Below, piece by piece: positions 26,842-36,345 of a stretch of 44,425 bases of DNA. Under the pieces are notes generated by a model. The model was not told the DNA's origin and ran no database searches. It saw only the letters and a program-made list of their open reading frames with translations. This stretch comes from an uncultured Leptolinea sp. (GTDB taxonomy: Bacteria > Chloroflexota > Anaerolineae > Anaerolineales > Anaerolineaceae), in NCBI GenBank assembly GCA_964511135.1, contig CAZEEL010000003.1, positions 1 through 44,425 on the forward strand. Direction: 5' to 3'. A program made the translations under genes and the position numbers. Numbering within the stretch: position 1 is the first letter of the stretch; the number at the start of each line of letters is the position of its first letter.

Positions 26842-27951
26842 TTACTGAATAAATTCCTTGCTGGCGCGGTTTCGCCCCAGATCGGTCAGAATCAACCGAT
26901 CTTTCTTCTGCTCAATCAACTGCTGCCGAATGGCCTGGTTAACAATCTGTGCGGCGAAGTTTGGTTTCCATCGCAGATGAATGCCCAGGTGAGAGAAGCT
27001 GTTTTCAATTTCAGCATGGGGGCTCTGTTCATGATTGACCAGGTGGGCAGTCAACATGGTAATTGCAAATTCCTGCCGCTGTATTTTCCGGCGGCGGGCT
27101 GCAGCGACCCATCCGCGCCTGGGAGTAAATAATAAAGCAATTATAAAATATACGCCAGACATACTGGCCATGGTGCCTGCGATAGAAGCGTCGAGGGTTC
27201 GGGCGAGCCAATATCCGCTGACAGCGCTCAATGCGCCAATGCCCAGACTGACAAAAATCATCCATTTTAAATTATCGGTTATCAGACTGGCTGTTGCAGC
27301 AGGCGCAATCATCAGGGCAACTACCAGCATGGAGCCGACAATATCAAAAGCGGTTACAACGGTGATGGAGACCAGTGACATCAGCGCATAATGCAATACT
27401 ACGGGTGTAAAACCGAGGGCGGCTGCCAGTCCGGCGTCAAAGCTGGTCAGTTTAAGTTCTTTATAAAATAAGAGGATGAAAATCAGGTTTAATAGCAATG
27501 TTCCGCTCATAACCCATAGGCCGCGCGGCCCCATATCGTAGCCAAAGATGATCAGCCGGTCAAATGGAGCAAACGCAATTTCTCCAACCAGAACTGCATC
27601 GGTGTCCAAATGAACATTTCCGGCATAAACTGAAATGAGGATTACTGCGATGCTGAATAAAACCGGGAACACCAGCCCAATGGCTGCATCTGCTTTTACC
27701 AGTTGTGTGCGTTCGATGACTGCCACGAGGCTGACGGTAAGGACGCCCACGAGGGCTGCGCCAATCACCAGGAGCGGCGAGCTTAAATTACCAGCCAGAA
27801 AAAAGCCAGCTACAATTCCGAGCAACACGGTATGGCTGATGGCATCTGACAGCATTGCCTTGCGCTGTAATACTAAAAATACTCCTGGTAATGCACAGGC
27901 GCTTGCGGTTATGATGGCTATTAATTGGATTTCAATTTGTGTCTGATTCAT
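26842..27951 (-). CDS. mntD: metal (Mn/Zn-type, ABC-3 family) ABC transporter permease with ~80-aa C-terminal winged-helix-like extension
   Basis: Polytopic ABC-3 core (LSDAISHTVLLGIV) paralogous to the upstream permease. Start placed at MNQTQIEIQ (27951). The tail is ..LRWKPNFAAQIVNQAIRQQLIEQKKDRLILTDLGRNRA. Confidence 0.8.
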   Translation of the reverse strand: MNQTQIEIQLIAIITASACALPGVFLVLQRKAMLSDAISHTVLLGIVAGFFLAGNLSSPLLVIGAALVGVLTVSLVAVIERTQLVKADAAIGLVFPVLFSIAVILISVYAGNVHLDTDAVLVGEIAFAPFDRLIIFGYDMGPRGLWVMSGTLLLNLIFILLFYKELKLTSFDAGLAAALGFTPVVLHYALMSLVSITVVTAFDIVGSMLVVALMIAPAATASLITDNLKWMIFVSLGIGALSAVSGYWLARTLDASIAGTMASMSGVYFIIALLFTPRRGWVAAARRRKIQRQEFAITMLTAHLVNHEQSPHAEIENSFSHLGIHLRWKPNFAAQIVNQAIRQQLIEQKKDRLILTDLGRNRASKEFIQ

Positions 27952-29083
27952 GGAGAATACCCCTCTCTTTGGAAAGCAGTCTGGCATTGGTTAACCCCTG
28001 TTCGGTCAGAGCCCATAAACCGGTTTGATTGGATTGTACCCATCTCTGTTCTTTAAGTTTTTTTAAGGAGGATGGCAGACTGGCAGGGTTTGGAATGGCG
28101 GTTCGCAGAACGTTTTCAGAATGCGGGTACAGCGGGTTATTGTGGGCGTTGCCCATTTGATAAAGTGCCAGTAAGACGGTATCTGCCTGTATTTGCCGTG
28201 ATTGGCGCAGACGCAGGATCGAAGAGGCGATCAGACCGCGCCGCGGAGAGAACAGGAAGGAGATGAGCACGATGGCGCCTGCCGTCAGGACAATGGTTGG
28301 CCCGGTTGAAAGTCCGAGAGTTGTTGCAGAAATGAGTGTGCCGATCAGACCGGCCAGGGCTCCGAACCCGGCTGAGAGGGCTACCATCCGGCCCAGCCGA
28401 TCTGTCCATTGACGGGCTGCCGACGCAGGAGCAACGATCATGGCGCTCATTAAAATAACGCCAACGGCTTGCAGACCGATGACAATGGCTGTTACGGTTA
28501 AAATGGTGAGCAGGAGATCGAGTTGACGGGTTGGGAGCCCCATGCTGTGGGCAAAATCAGAGTCAAAACTCAACAGTTTAAACTCTTTCCAAAATAATAT
28601 CAGCAGCAGGATCGCTATTCCACCCAATATGGCCATCAGAATGACGTCGCTTTCCAATAATGTAGCTGCCTGCCCAAACAGATACTTGCTTAACCCGGCC
28701 TGGCGGGCATCCGGCAGGCGCTGGGTGTACGTTAACAGCATCATCCCAAACCCAAAAAACACTGAGAGTGTCAACCCAAGCGCGCTGTCCTGTTTCAGAC
28801 GGGTGTGATGGATGATCTGATTTACGGCCAGTGCGGCGAGTATACCTGCAACAATAGCGCCGGTTAATAAAACTGCCGGAGATTTGGAGCGGGTCAGTAA
28901 AAAGGCGGTTACAATGCCGGGCAGGGCCGCATGTGAAATGGCATCGCCCAGCAGGCTTTGCTGCCGCAGGAAGGCAAATGCGCCTAATGCGCCGGCTACC
29001 ATTCCAATCAGAGATGCTCCAAGCGCAACGGTTCGCAATGTGTAATCAAAAATAAGATTATGAAAGAGGGTGGCTATATCCAT
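27932..29083 (-). CDS. mntC: metal (Mn/Zn-type, ABC-3 family) ABC transporter permease with ~96-aa C-terminal winged-helix-like extension
   Basis: ABC-3 core (LLGDAISHAALPGIV). The tail is DTVLLALYQMG..SSLKKLKEQRWVQSNQTGLWALTEQGLTNARLL. Confidence 0.8.
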   Translation of the reverse strand: MDIATLFHNLIFDYTLRTVALGASLIGMVAGALGAFAFLRQQSLLGDAISHAALPGIVTAFLLTRSKSPAVLLTGAIVAGILAALAVNQIIHHTRLKQDSALGLTLSVFFGFGMMLLTYTQRLPDARQAGLSKYLFGQAATLLESDVILMAILGGIAILLLILFWKEFKLLSFDSDFAHSMGLPTRQLDLLLTILTVTAIVIGLQAVGVILMSAMIVAPASAARQWTDRLGRMVALSAGFGALAGLIGTLISATTLGLSTGPTIVLTAGAIVLISFLFSPRRGLIASSILRLRQSRQIQADTVLLALYQMGNAHNNPLYPHSENVLRTAIPNPASLPSSLKKLKEQRWVQSNQTGLWALTEQGLTNARLLSKERGILHESDTN

Positions 29084-29890
29084 TTATTTCTCTCTTTCTT
29101 TCACCGATGATTGACTGGCCTGTCTGAGAGGGTTGTCGCTTCCTGTGTTTTCATGCAGGTTACCCAGCAGCGCTATCCGGCCGCCGTATGCTTTGCGCAG
29201 GTTCTCTTCCGTAAATACCTGTTCTACCGGTCCGCTGGCAATGCGGCGAACGTTTAAAAGAGTTACCCAATCGAAGTACTCCGGTACCGTTTGCAAATCA
29301 TGATGGACAACCAGAACGGTTTTTCCGGCTGTGCGCAGTTCACGCAGTAAGGTGATGATCGTGCGCTCGGTGACGGCGTCAACCCCCTGAAACGGTTCAT
29401 CCATGAGGTAGACCTGGGCATTTTGCATCAGAGCGCGGGCAAGAAATACCCGCTGCTGCTGCCCGCCTGAAAGCTGACTGATCTGGCGGTTGGCAAAATC
29501 TTTCATTCCGACTTTTTCGAGAGCAAGTTCTGCCTGCTCCTGTTGCCTTTTCCCGGGCCGGCGAATCCATCCCAGACTGCCATAGGAGCCCATCATGACT
29601 ACATCCAGGGCATTGGTTGGGAAATCCCAGTCTACACTGCCGCGCTGTGGTACATACCCTACCAGTTGACGTTGTTCATGATACGGTTTGCCAGAGATCA
29701 AAACCCGCCCGGCTGTTGGCCGGATCAGCCCAAGAATTGCTTTCAATAAAGTTGTTTTTCCGGCTCCGTTGGGGCCTGCCAGGGCGATTAAAACTCCGGC
29801 GGGTACTTCAAGATCAATATCCCAAAGAACGGGCTTGTCATTATAGGCAACTGTAAGGTCTGCGACATCAATAACATATTCGTTCATCAT
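29084..29890 (-). CDS. mntB: metal ABC transporter ATP-binding protein
   Basis: Walker [10 protein letters not shown], signature [15 protein letters not shown], Walker B VYLMDEP. Confidence 0.9.
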   Translation of the reverse strand: MMNEYVIDVADLTVAYNDKPVLWDIDLEVPAGVLIALAGPNGAGKTTLLKAILGLIRPTAGRVLISGKPYHEQRQLVGYVPQRGSVDWDFPTNALDVVMMGSYGSLGWIRRPGKRQQEQAELALEKVGMKDFANRQISQLSGGQQQRVFLARALMQNAQVYLMDEPFQGVDAVTERTIITLLRELRTAGKTVLVVHHDLQTVPEYFDWVTLLNVRRIASGPVEQVFTEENLRKAYGGRIALLGNLHENTGSDNPLRQASQSSVKEREK

Positions 29891-29983
29891 AAAAAACCTC
29901 CGATAAAAGCTGCCATTATGTTGTATTCCGGTTTATGGGCCGTACCTACAAAATGGCAGCCTGCTTAAAATGGTTCCTGCTGC

Positions 29984-30916
29984 CTATTTTTCTGACAATG
30001 CATTGACAATGGTGTCAATGTTATGGCGAATCATTCCAATATATGTGCCATCGGGTGTGCCTGCACTGCCCATTGCATCAGAATAAAGTTCTCCGCCAAT
30101 GCGAACATTCCAGCCGCGTGATTCGACCGCTTTTTGCAGCGCTTCAATATTGCGCTGCGGAACGGATGATTCAATGAAAATTGCCGGAACTTGTGAAGCA
30201 GCAATAAAATCGGCCAACTGTTGTACATTGGCCGTACTGGCTTCACTTTCGGTGGAAATGCCCTGTAAGCCGTGTACATCGAACCCATAGGCTTTTCCAA
30301 AGTAATTAAAGGCATCATGGGCGGTAATCAGCACCCGTTTTTCCTGAGGGAGGCGTTCAGCCTGTTCGCGAACATAACGGTCAAGCTGTTCCAGTTCTGT
30401 CAGATACGCCTTTGCATTGGCTTCGTAGAGGTCTTTGGATGCAGGATCGATGCTGATTAAGCTGTCGCGTACGACTTCGACGGCATGCATCCATAACGAA
30501 ACATCAAACCAGACGTGCGGGTCGTATGCGCCTTTGAATTCGGGCGGTGTATTTAATAAACGGCGATCAATGGTGTCGGTTATTGCTACTACCTTACGAT
30601 GATCTGACATGCGTTCCAGAACACCGCTCATCCCTGCTTCAAGATGCAGACCATTATAAAAAATAATATCTGCTTCCTGCAAAGCGGTTACGTCACTTTC
30701 TGATGCTTTATAAAGGTGCGGGTCTACACCGGAACCCATCAATCCTGTTACTTCTACCCGATTACCGCCAACCATACTGACGATGTCGCTGACCATGCCA
30801 ATGGTTGTTGTGATTCGAATTGGGCGGTTTGCCAGATTGTCAGCCTCGGCCGCTTTGGTTGAACAGGCTGATAAAAGCAGCGCGATGCATAACAATGGAA
30901 TAAAAAGTTTTTTCAT
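29984..30916 (-). CDS. mntA: metal ABC transporter substrate-binding lipoprotein (TroA/PsaA/MntA cluster)
   Basis: Lipobox LLLSAC. Metal-ligand segments GVDPHLY and DPHVWFD. No His-rich ZnuA-type loop. Start placed at MKKLFIPLL (30916), 6 nt after AAGGAG. The listed extension to 30973 would run over the promoter. Confidence 0.85.
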   Translation of the reverse strand: MKKLFIPLLCIALLLSACSTKAAEADNLANRPIRITTTIGMVSDIVSMVGGNRVEVTGLMGSGVDPHLYKASESDVTALQEADIIFYNGLHLEAGMSGVLERMSDHRKVVAITDTIDRRLLNTPPEFKGAYDPHVWFDVSLWMHAVEVVRDSLISIDPASKDLYEANAKAYLTELEQLDRYVREQAERLPQEKRVLITAHDAFNYFGKAYGFDVHGLQGISTESEASTANVQQLADFIAASQVPAIFIESSVPQRNIEALQKAVESRGWNVRIGGELYSDAMGSAGTPDGTYIGMIRHNIDTIVNALSEK

Positions 30917-30950
30917 TAACATCTCCTTGTAGGCAAAGCTAAAATAATAA

Positions 30951-30991
30951 TTAGTTATGACTAAATATATCAAAAAAATGGGTTATGTCAA
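30951..30991 (-). promoter_or_regulatory. mntA promoter (TTGACA-N16-TATATT) with an adjacent DtxR-family-like operator TTAGT-N4-ACTAA
   Basis: The minus strand reads TTGACATAACCCATTTTTTTGATATATTTAGTCATAACTAATTA. The inverted repeat TTAGTCATAACTAA (30951..30964) abuts the -10. Confidence 0.55.
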
Positions 30992-31080
30992 GCGATGCGT
31001 ATGCATGGATAAAGCATTAACCGGTTAAACTTAAATAAAGATCGTCTGGATTATTCTGTATACTCCCATCAGGGATCTTG

Positions 31081-31184
31081 CGAGTCATTTTTCGGCGAAT
31101 CTGTCTCTCTTTCCCAAAACAGATGGCTTCGCTGTGCCAGCGTGATCTTTCATCCACCAAAGAACTTATCCCAATTCACGTTAA
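31081..31184 (-). repeat. copy D of the dispersed element (reverse orientation)
   Basis: The minus strand reads TTAACGTGAATTGGGATAAGTTCTTTGGTGGATGAAAGATCACGCTGGCACAGCGAAGCCATCTGTTTTGGGAAAGAGAGACAGATTCGCCGAAAAATGACTCG. It contains a 22-codon ORF, 31085..31153 (MKDHAGTAKPSVLGKRDRFAEK). Confidence 0.8.
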
Positions 31185-31207
31185 ACAGGCGGTGAAAGCG
31201 TATACAT

Positions 31208-31229
31208 TGTTCTTATGGGGTGTTCTTAT
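31208..31229 (+). promoter_or_regulatory. direct repeat TGTTCTTAT-N4-TGTTCTTAT upstream of the alpha-glucosidase gene
   Basis: Seen directly, about 90 nt upstream of the ATG at 31316. A regulatory role is speculative. Confidence 0.25.
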
Positions 31230-31315
31230 AAGTAGTACAGTAGCCTGGTTTTGAATTTGCTATTAGAATTCATAAGATATTATAGGTGTTCAAGATAAAA
31301 ACAGATGGAGTGAAT

Positions 31316-32938
31316 ATGAATACAATGATTCCCTGGTGGAAGAAAGCAGTTATTTATCAGATTTACCCCCGCTCGTTCCAGGATTCTGATCATGATGGGG
31401 TGGGTGATCTGGAAGGAATTATTTCAAGATTGGAGTATCTGCAGGATCTGGGCATTGATGCGATCTGGCTTTCGCCGGTGAATCCTTCTCCCATGGTTGA
31501 TTTTGGATATGATGTTTCTGATTATCAGGATATCGATCCGTTGTTTGGTTCTTTAGAGATTATGGATACTTTGATTGCCAAAGCGCACACCTGCGGGATC
31601 AAAGTTATCATGGATCTGGTGCTGAATCATTCTTCTGACCAGCATGCCTGGTTCCTGGAATCCCGTTCAGGTCGGGATAATCCTTATCGTGACTGGTATA
31701 TCTGGGCAGACCCCGGGAAAGGCGGTAAAGAACCCAATAATTGGGTTTCACTTTTTGGAGGGAAGGCCTGGGAATATGACAAACAAACCGGTCAGTATTA
31801 TTATCATATGTTTTGCCCCCAGCAACCGGATTTAAACTGGCGCAACCCAAAGGTGGAGGAAGCCGTTCTGAACATTTTTCGTTTTTGGATGGGCCGGGGT
31901 GTCGATGGTTTTCGGCTGGATGTTTTTAATGAATACTTTAAAGATGCGCTGCTGCGGGATAACCCGGTGACCAGGCCAGGGCTGCGGTCTTTTGACCGCC
32001 AGAATCATCTCTACGATGCTGATCAGCCGGAAATGGAGCAACTGGTTCAGCGTATTCGGGCGGTAAGTGATGAATACCCGGATCAGTATCTTGTTGGAGA
32101 GACTTTTCTTTCCAGCCCGGAAAAAGCCGGTAAGTATACGGGAAACGGAAAACTGCATGCGGCTTTTAATTTTGATTTACTGAATTGCAGCTGGGATGCC
32201 GGGTGTATCGGAAAGGCATTGGAATGCGGAGAAAAGATTTCAGGAGAAGATGGCTGGCCTACGCTGGTTCTTAATAATCATGACAACCGGCGTTCAGCCA
32301 GCCGGTATCGTGATCATGACCGTGATGAACGGAATAAAGCGGCGGCTGTTTTGCTGCTGACGGCCCGCGGAACCCCGTTTCTTTATTATGGTGAAGAGAT
32401 CGGAATGCGGAATGTTTCGATTCCTTATTCCAAAATTCAGGATCCGCCTGGAAAACGATATTTTCCTTTCTTTCCTACCCGGGATGGATGCCGCAGCCCC
32501 ATGCAGTGGGATGATACCCCGTTTGCCGGGTTCAGTGATGCCGAACCCTGGCTGCCGGTTCATCCAGGGTATCCGGCGCGCAATGTCAGGCAGGCAGAAG
32601 GCAGCGCCGGGTCGTTGTTGCAGGTCTATAAGCGGTTATTAAAACTGCGAAAAACGCATATGGCTTTGCAGGTGGGTGATTTTACTTTATTGGATAATAA
32701 GCGCAGAGATATTCTCTGTTATTCACGTACATGGGAGGGGCAATTGTATGTAATTCTGATCAATTTTTCTCATCGTTCGCGTGAAGTGGAGGAGTATCGA
32801 TCTGAATCAAAAGAGGAATGGAAAGTGCTTTTCAGCAGTTTAACGCCGGAAAGTGAATGTAATCTGGAATTGCCTCTGGTTTTACGGGCCAATGAGGCTG
32901 TTATTTTACAGAGAAAGCTCCGGCTGTTTCAGATGTAA
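31316..32938 (+). CDS. GH13 alpha-glucosidase / oligo-1,6-glucosidase family enzyme
   Basis: WWKKAVIYQIYPRSFQDSDHDGVGDL, DAIWLSPV, GVDGFRLDV (nucleophile Asp), VGETF (acid/base Glu), LNNHDNRR. Start placed at MNTMIPWW, preceded by GGAG. Confidence 0.9.
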   Translation: MNTMIPWWKKAVIYQIYPRSFQDSDHDGVGDLEGIISRLEYLQDLGIDAIWLSPVNPSPMVDFGYDVSDYQDIDPLFGSLEIMDTLIAKAHTCGIKVIMDLVLNHSSDQHAWFLESRSGRDNPYRDWYIWADPGKGGKEPNNWVSLFGGKAWEYDKQTGQYYYHMFCPQQPDLNWRNPKVEEAVLNIFRFWMGRGVDGFRLDVFNEYFKDALLRDNPVTRPGLRSFDRQNHLYDADQPEMEQLVQRIRAVSDEYPDQYLVGETFLSSPEKAGKYTGNGKLHAAFNFDLLNCSWDAGCIGKALECGEKISGEDGWPTLVLNNHDNRRSASRYRDHDRDERNKAAAVLLLTARGTPFLYYGEEIGMRNVSIPYSKIQDPPGKRYFPFFPTRDGCRSPMQWDDTPFAGFSDAEPWLPVHPGYPARNVRQAEGSAGSLLQVYKRLLKLRKTHMALQVGDFTLLDNKRRDILCYSRTWEGQLYVILINFSHRSREVEEYRSESKEEWKVLFSSLTPESECNLELPLVLRANEAVILQRKLRLFQM

Positions 32939-32985
32939 AAAAAGGCTGTCTGAAAGCTTCGTAAACTTTTGGGCAGCCTTTTTTT
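32939..32985. terminator. bidirectional terminator between the convergent alpha-glucosidase and gyrB genes
   Basis: AAAAAAAGGCTG..(imperfect inner helix AAAG/CTTT)..CAGCCTTTTTTT. The stem is flanked by an A-run and a T-run, so it presents a U-tract on both strands. Confidence 0.6.
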
Positions 32986-33010
32986 GAACGTGTATTGGGT
33001 GAATCAGGGG

Positions 33011-34930
33011 TTAAATATCCAGATTTTGTACTTCGCGTGCGTGGGTTTGAATGAAACGGGTGCGCGGAGGAACCGCCGAACCCATTAACATGTCAAAGGT
33101 ATGGTCTGCTGCGCTGGCGTCTTCAATGGTGACCTTAAGCAGGGTTCGGGTAGCCGGGTCCATGGTGGTCTCCCAGAGCTGCTCAGGGTTCATCTCTCCC
33201 AGGCCTTTATAGCGGTTGATGCCGGCTTTTTCTGCGTTGGGGCCGAGGTCTTTCAAAATTTTGTCTTTTTGCTGTTCTGTATAGGCGTATTGAACGTTGT
33301 TTTTAAATGCAATTCGATAGAGCGGCGGCTGGGCAATAAATAAGTTGCCGTTTTCAATCAGTTGGGGGATGTAGCGGAAGAAAAAGGTCAGCAGCAGGGT
33401 TCGAATATGAGAGCCGTCAACATCGGCATCGGTCATAATAATGATTTTGCCATAGCGAAGGTTGGATAAATCAAAGGTTTCACCAATGCTGGTGCCGATT
33501 GCTGAAATCAGGGCTTTAACTTCATTGTTTCCAAGAATTTTATCCAGTCGGGCCCGTTCGGTATTCAGAATTTTTCCCCGTAAAGGGAGGATGGCCTGAA
33601 AATGCCGGTCACGGCCCTGTTTGGCTGACCCGCCGGCAGATTCTCCTTCAACAATGTACATTTCAGCCCGATTGGCGTTTCGTTCAGAGCAGTCAGCCAG
33701 TTTTCCGGGCAGGGTAAGGCTTTCGAGCGCTGACTTTCGAATGACCAGGTCGCGGGCTTTGCGGGCTGCATCACGGGCACGGGCGGATGTGAGGCATTTT
33801 GAGATGATGGCTTTGGCATCTGATGGGTTTTCGTCCAGGAAGGTATTGAAGGCTTCCTGAACTACCTGTTGTACATAGGTTTGAACTTCAGGGTTCATCA
33901 GTTTAACTTTTGTCTGACTTTCAAATTGCGGGTCGGGGTGTTTGATGCTTACAATGGCGGTGAGGCCTTCACGGGTATCATCGCCGGTAAAGTTGGTGTC
34001 GGCATCTTTAAGCAGGCTGGCTCGCCGTGCGTAGTCATTAATCGAACGGGTAATTGCGGTTCGCAGGCCGGTCAGATGGGTTCCGCCGTCAATGGTGTTG
34101 ATCGTGTTTGCAAACGAATATACCGATTCTGTGTAGGTGTCGGTATATTGTATGGCTGCTTCGATCCCAATGTTTTCCACTTCTTTGCCGGCAAAAATCA
34201 CAGGATGAAGCGGATCGCGGTTTTTATTCAAATATCCTGCAAAAGATTTAATTCCGCCGTCAAAATAAAAGCTCATTTCACGCGTTGATTGTTCATCGCG
34301 CAAATTCAGGTGGACTTTGCTGGTTACAAAGGCCATTTCACGGAAGCGCTGCGATAATGTTTCGAAACGGAATTCCAGATCTTCTTTAAAAATATCCCGG
34401 TCAAAGCGAAAGGTGGTGCTGGTGCCATGTTCTTTGGGACCGACTTTTCCAATTTCTTTTACCGGTTCAATCGGGCGGCCGCGTTCATATCTTTGGAAAT
34501 AGATATGCCCATCGCGTTTGACTTTTACTTCACACCACTCAGAAAGGGCATTAACCGCAGAAACACCTACACCATGCAGACCGCCTGAAACTTTGTAAGA
34601 GCCCCCGCCAAATTTACCGCCGGCGTGCAGTACCGTCATGACGACTTCGAGCGCAGATTTCTTTTTTTCAGGATGGATATCGACCGGAATGCCCCGTCCA
34701 TTATCTTCAACGGTAACGCTGGAATCAGCGTGGATTGTCACAGAGATGGTGTCACAAACACCGGCTAATGCCTCATCAATTGAGTTATCGACCACCTCAT
34801 AAATGAGGTGGTGTAAGGCTTTAATATCGGTTCCACCAACGTACATACCGGGCCGACGCCGAACGGCTTCCAGGCCCTCCAAAACGGTGATATCGCTAGC
34901 TGAATAATGATCAGATGCTGCAGGTGTCAT
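33011..34930 (-). CDS. gyrB: DNA gyrase subunit B
   Basis: GHKL ATPase motifs [16 protein letters not shown] and [15 protein letters not shown]. Toprim motif [18 protein letters not shown]. 639 aa. Confidence 0.97.
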   Translation of the reverse strand: MTPAASDHYSASDITVLEGLEAVRRRPGMYVGGTDIKALHHLIYEVVDNSIDEALAGVCDTISVTIHADSSVTVEDNGRGIPVDIHPEKKKSALEVVMTVLHAGGKFGGGSYKVSGGLHGVGVSAVNALSEWCEVKVKRDGHIYFQRYERGRPIEPVKEIGKVGPKEHGTSTTFRFDRDIFKEDLEFRFETLSQRFREMAFVTSKVHLNLRDEQSTREMSFYFDGGIKSFAGYLNKNRDPLHPVIFAGKEVENIGIEAAIQYTDTYTESVYSFANTINTIDGGTHLTGLRTAITRSINDYARRASLLKDADTNFTGDDTREGLTAIVSIKHPDPQFESQTKVKLMNPEVQTYVQQVVQEAFNTFLDENPSDAKAIISKCLTSARARDAARKARDLVIRKSALESLTLPGKLADCSERNANRAEMYIVEGESAGGSAKQGRDRHFQAILPLRGKILNTERARLDKILGNNEVKALISAIGTSIGETFDLSNLRYGKIIIMTDADVDGSHIRTLLLTFFFRYIPQLIENGNLFIAQPPLYRIAFKNNVQYAYTEQQKDKILKDLGPNAEKAGINRYKGLGEMNPEQLWETTMDPATRTLLKVTIEDASAADHTFDMLMGSAVPPRTRFIQTHAREVQNLDI

Positions 34931-35940
34931 GACGTCCTTCCTGATTTCTCAAGCATGTCTTTCTGTAAAATCTGCATTTGTGCATGCATCCAAATCAGGC
35001 CATTACGATAAAAAATGAAAGTGGAAGCAAATATGGCAGAAGCGACAAATGCATGTCCAATGATCCCTAACAGAGCCATCCAGCTTGAGAGGGGAGCCAT
35101 TCTCCAGATAATATTTAAGCCTTCACTTAAGAGAAGTATGGTCAGTAAAAACAGACTGGTGCCCGGCAGGTAGAAACGAATCAGGCGCATGCTGGTAAAT
35201 ATAGAGCGGAATGCGGTCTGTTGGTTTAAAAATATTCCGTGCGGTGAAAAATACAGTGGGATGATAAACCAGAGAATCAGCAACGTGGACAGAAACAAAA
35301 GGCCCTGTGCAATGAAAGGGCTGAGCAGAGTAACAAATGACAGGAGGAAGGTGAAGGGCACAAATATCATGGTAAACAGGGCAATGATAAGCCCGGTTAA
35401 GAGCAGGGCTTGCCAAAATTGCCAATACCAGGGTTTCATGTGGTAGTCGATTAATCCTTTGCCGGTTTGCCGCGCAAGCTCACGGAAATACAAAGAGCCC
35501 AGAAAAATGCCAAAGATAAACAAGCCAATCAGCAGCAGAAAGGCTGTAAAAGCGTCAGGAACCTGATAATAGATGGCATTGCCCATGGGGGTTTGTTTCG
35601 CATTCACATTATAGAGCAGGCTGCAGACGCCAACGGGAAACGATCGCAGCAGAGAGAAAAGGTTAAATGTAGCAGTAAACTCAATGATCATGTTTTGCGC
35701 CATTTGAAATGAAGCGCTGAGGGATGAAGAGGGCAGCATTTGAACCTGGTTTTGCAGTGTCGTTAAGAACGGTTGCGCAATATTAAAAATTCCCAGATGC
35801 GGCCCCAGCCAAAGCAACAGATCAAGTGTCAGCGGAAACAGGATAAGATAAATATGATTGGTGACCAGATTGAAACCAGCAGTCAGCGTGGGAATCAATT
35901 TTGGCATTTGTATCGTTGGTTTTTGAGCAGGAGTTTCCAT
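34927..35940 (-). CDS. polytopic membrane protein of unknown function (337 aa)
   Basis: About 7-8 hydrophobic helices and no recognised motif. Its stop overlaps the gyrB start in ATGA (34927..34930). Confidence 0.6.
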   Translation of the reverse strand: METPAQKPTIQMPKLIPTLTAGFNLVTNHIYLILFPLTLDLLLWLGPHLGIFNIAQPFLTTLQNQVQMLPSSSLSASFQMAQNMIIEFTATFNLFSLLRSFPVGVCSLLYNVNAKQTPMGNAIYYQVPDAFTAFLLLIGLFIFGIFLGSLYFRELARQTGKGLIDYHMKPWYWQFWQALLLTGLIIALFTMIFVPFTFLLSFVTLLSPFIAQGLLFLSTLLILWFIIPLYFSPHGIFLNQQTAFRSIFTSMRLIRFYLPGTSLFLLTILLLSEGLNIIWRMAPLSSWMALLGIIGHAFVASAIFASTFIFYRNGLIWMHAQMQILQKDMLEKSGRTS

Positions 35941-36048
35941 AGCATCAGGAATTGTACCACGATGGAAATCTGTTGAAATACAATTCAGGAAGTATCTTAT
36001 ATAGTTATAATGTTAGTGGTCATGTTCTTAATTCAGAAGGTGGTTTTT

Positions 36049-36345
36049 ATGGATAATCTTTTTATATTCTTTCGTCCGGTTATTGCTTTGCTCCTGTTTA
36101 TTGCCCTCGTGAATTTTCTTTATGCGGCATATTATCAGAGCCGGGTCAGGCCCGAATGGTTTGTGATTCTTAACTCTTTTCTGCTGCTTTTTGTCACTGT
36201 ATTGCTCCTGGTCATAGAAGGTTTTCTTGTTGATATTTTCTCTATGGTGGGCGATTCTGTGACCACGTTTTTTGGAGCGGGTGTGTTGGTCGTTTTTATC
36301 CTTACTCTGTTTTATACTGTGTTTTATGCGGCGCGTAAAAAATGA
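36049..36345 (+). CDS. small membrane protein (98 aa, about 3 TM helices)
   Basis: Start placed at MDNLFIFFRP, 6 nt after AAGGTGG. Its stop overlaps the next gene's ATG (ATGA at 36342). Confidence 0.55.
   Translation: MDNLFIFFRPVIALLLFIALVNFLYAAYYQSRVRPEWFVILNSFLLLFVTVLLLVIEGFLVDIFSMVGDSVTTFFGAGVLVVFILTLFYTVFYAARKK

Noticed and set aside
30917-30973. 19-codon N-terminal extension of mntA (MIYLVITNYYFSFAYKEML)
   Set aside because: It would be translated from the promoter/operator DNA. The downstream ATG follows AAGGAG and begins a classical lipoprotein signal peptide.
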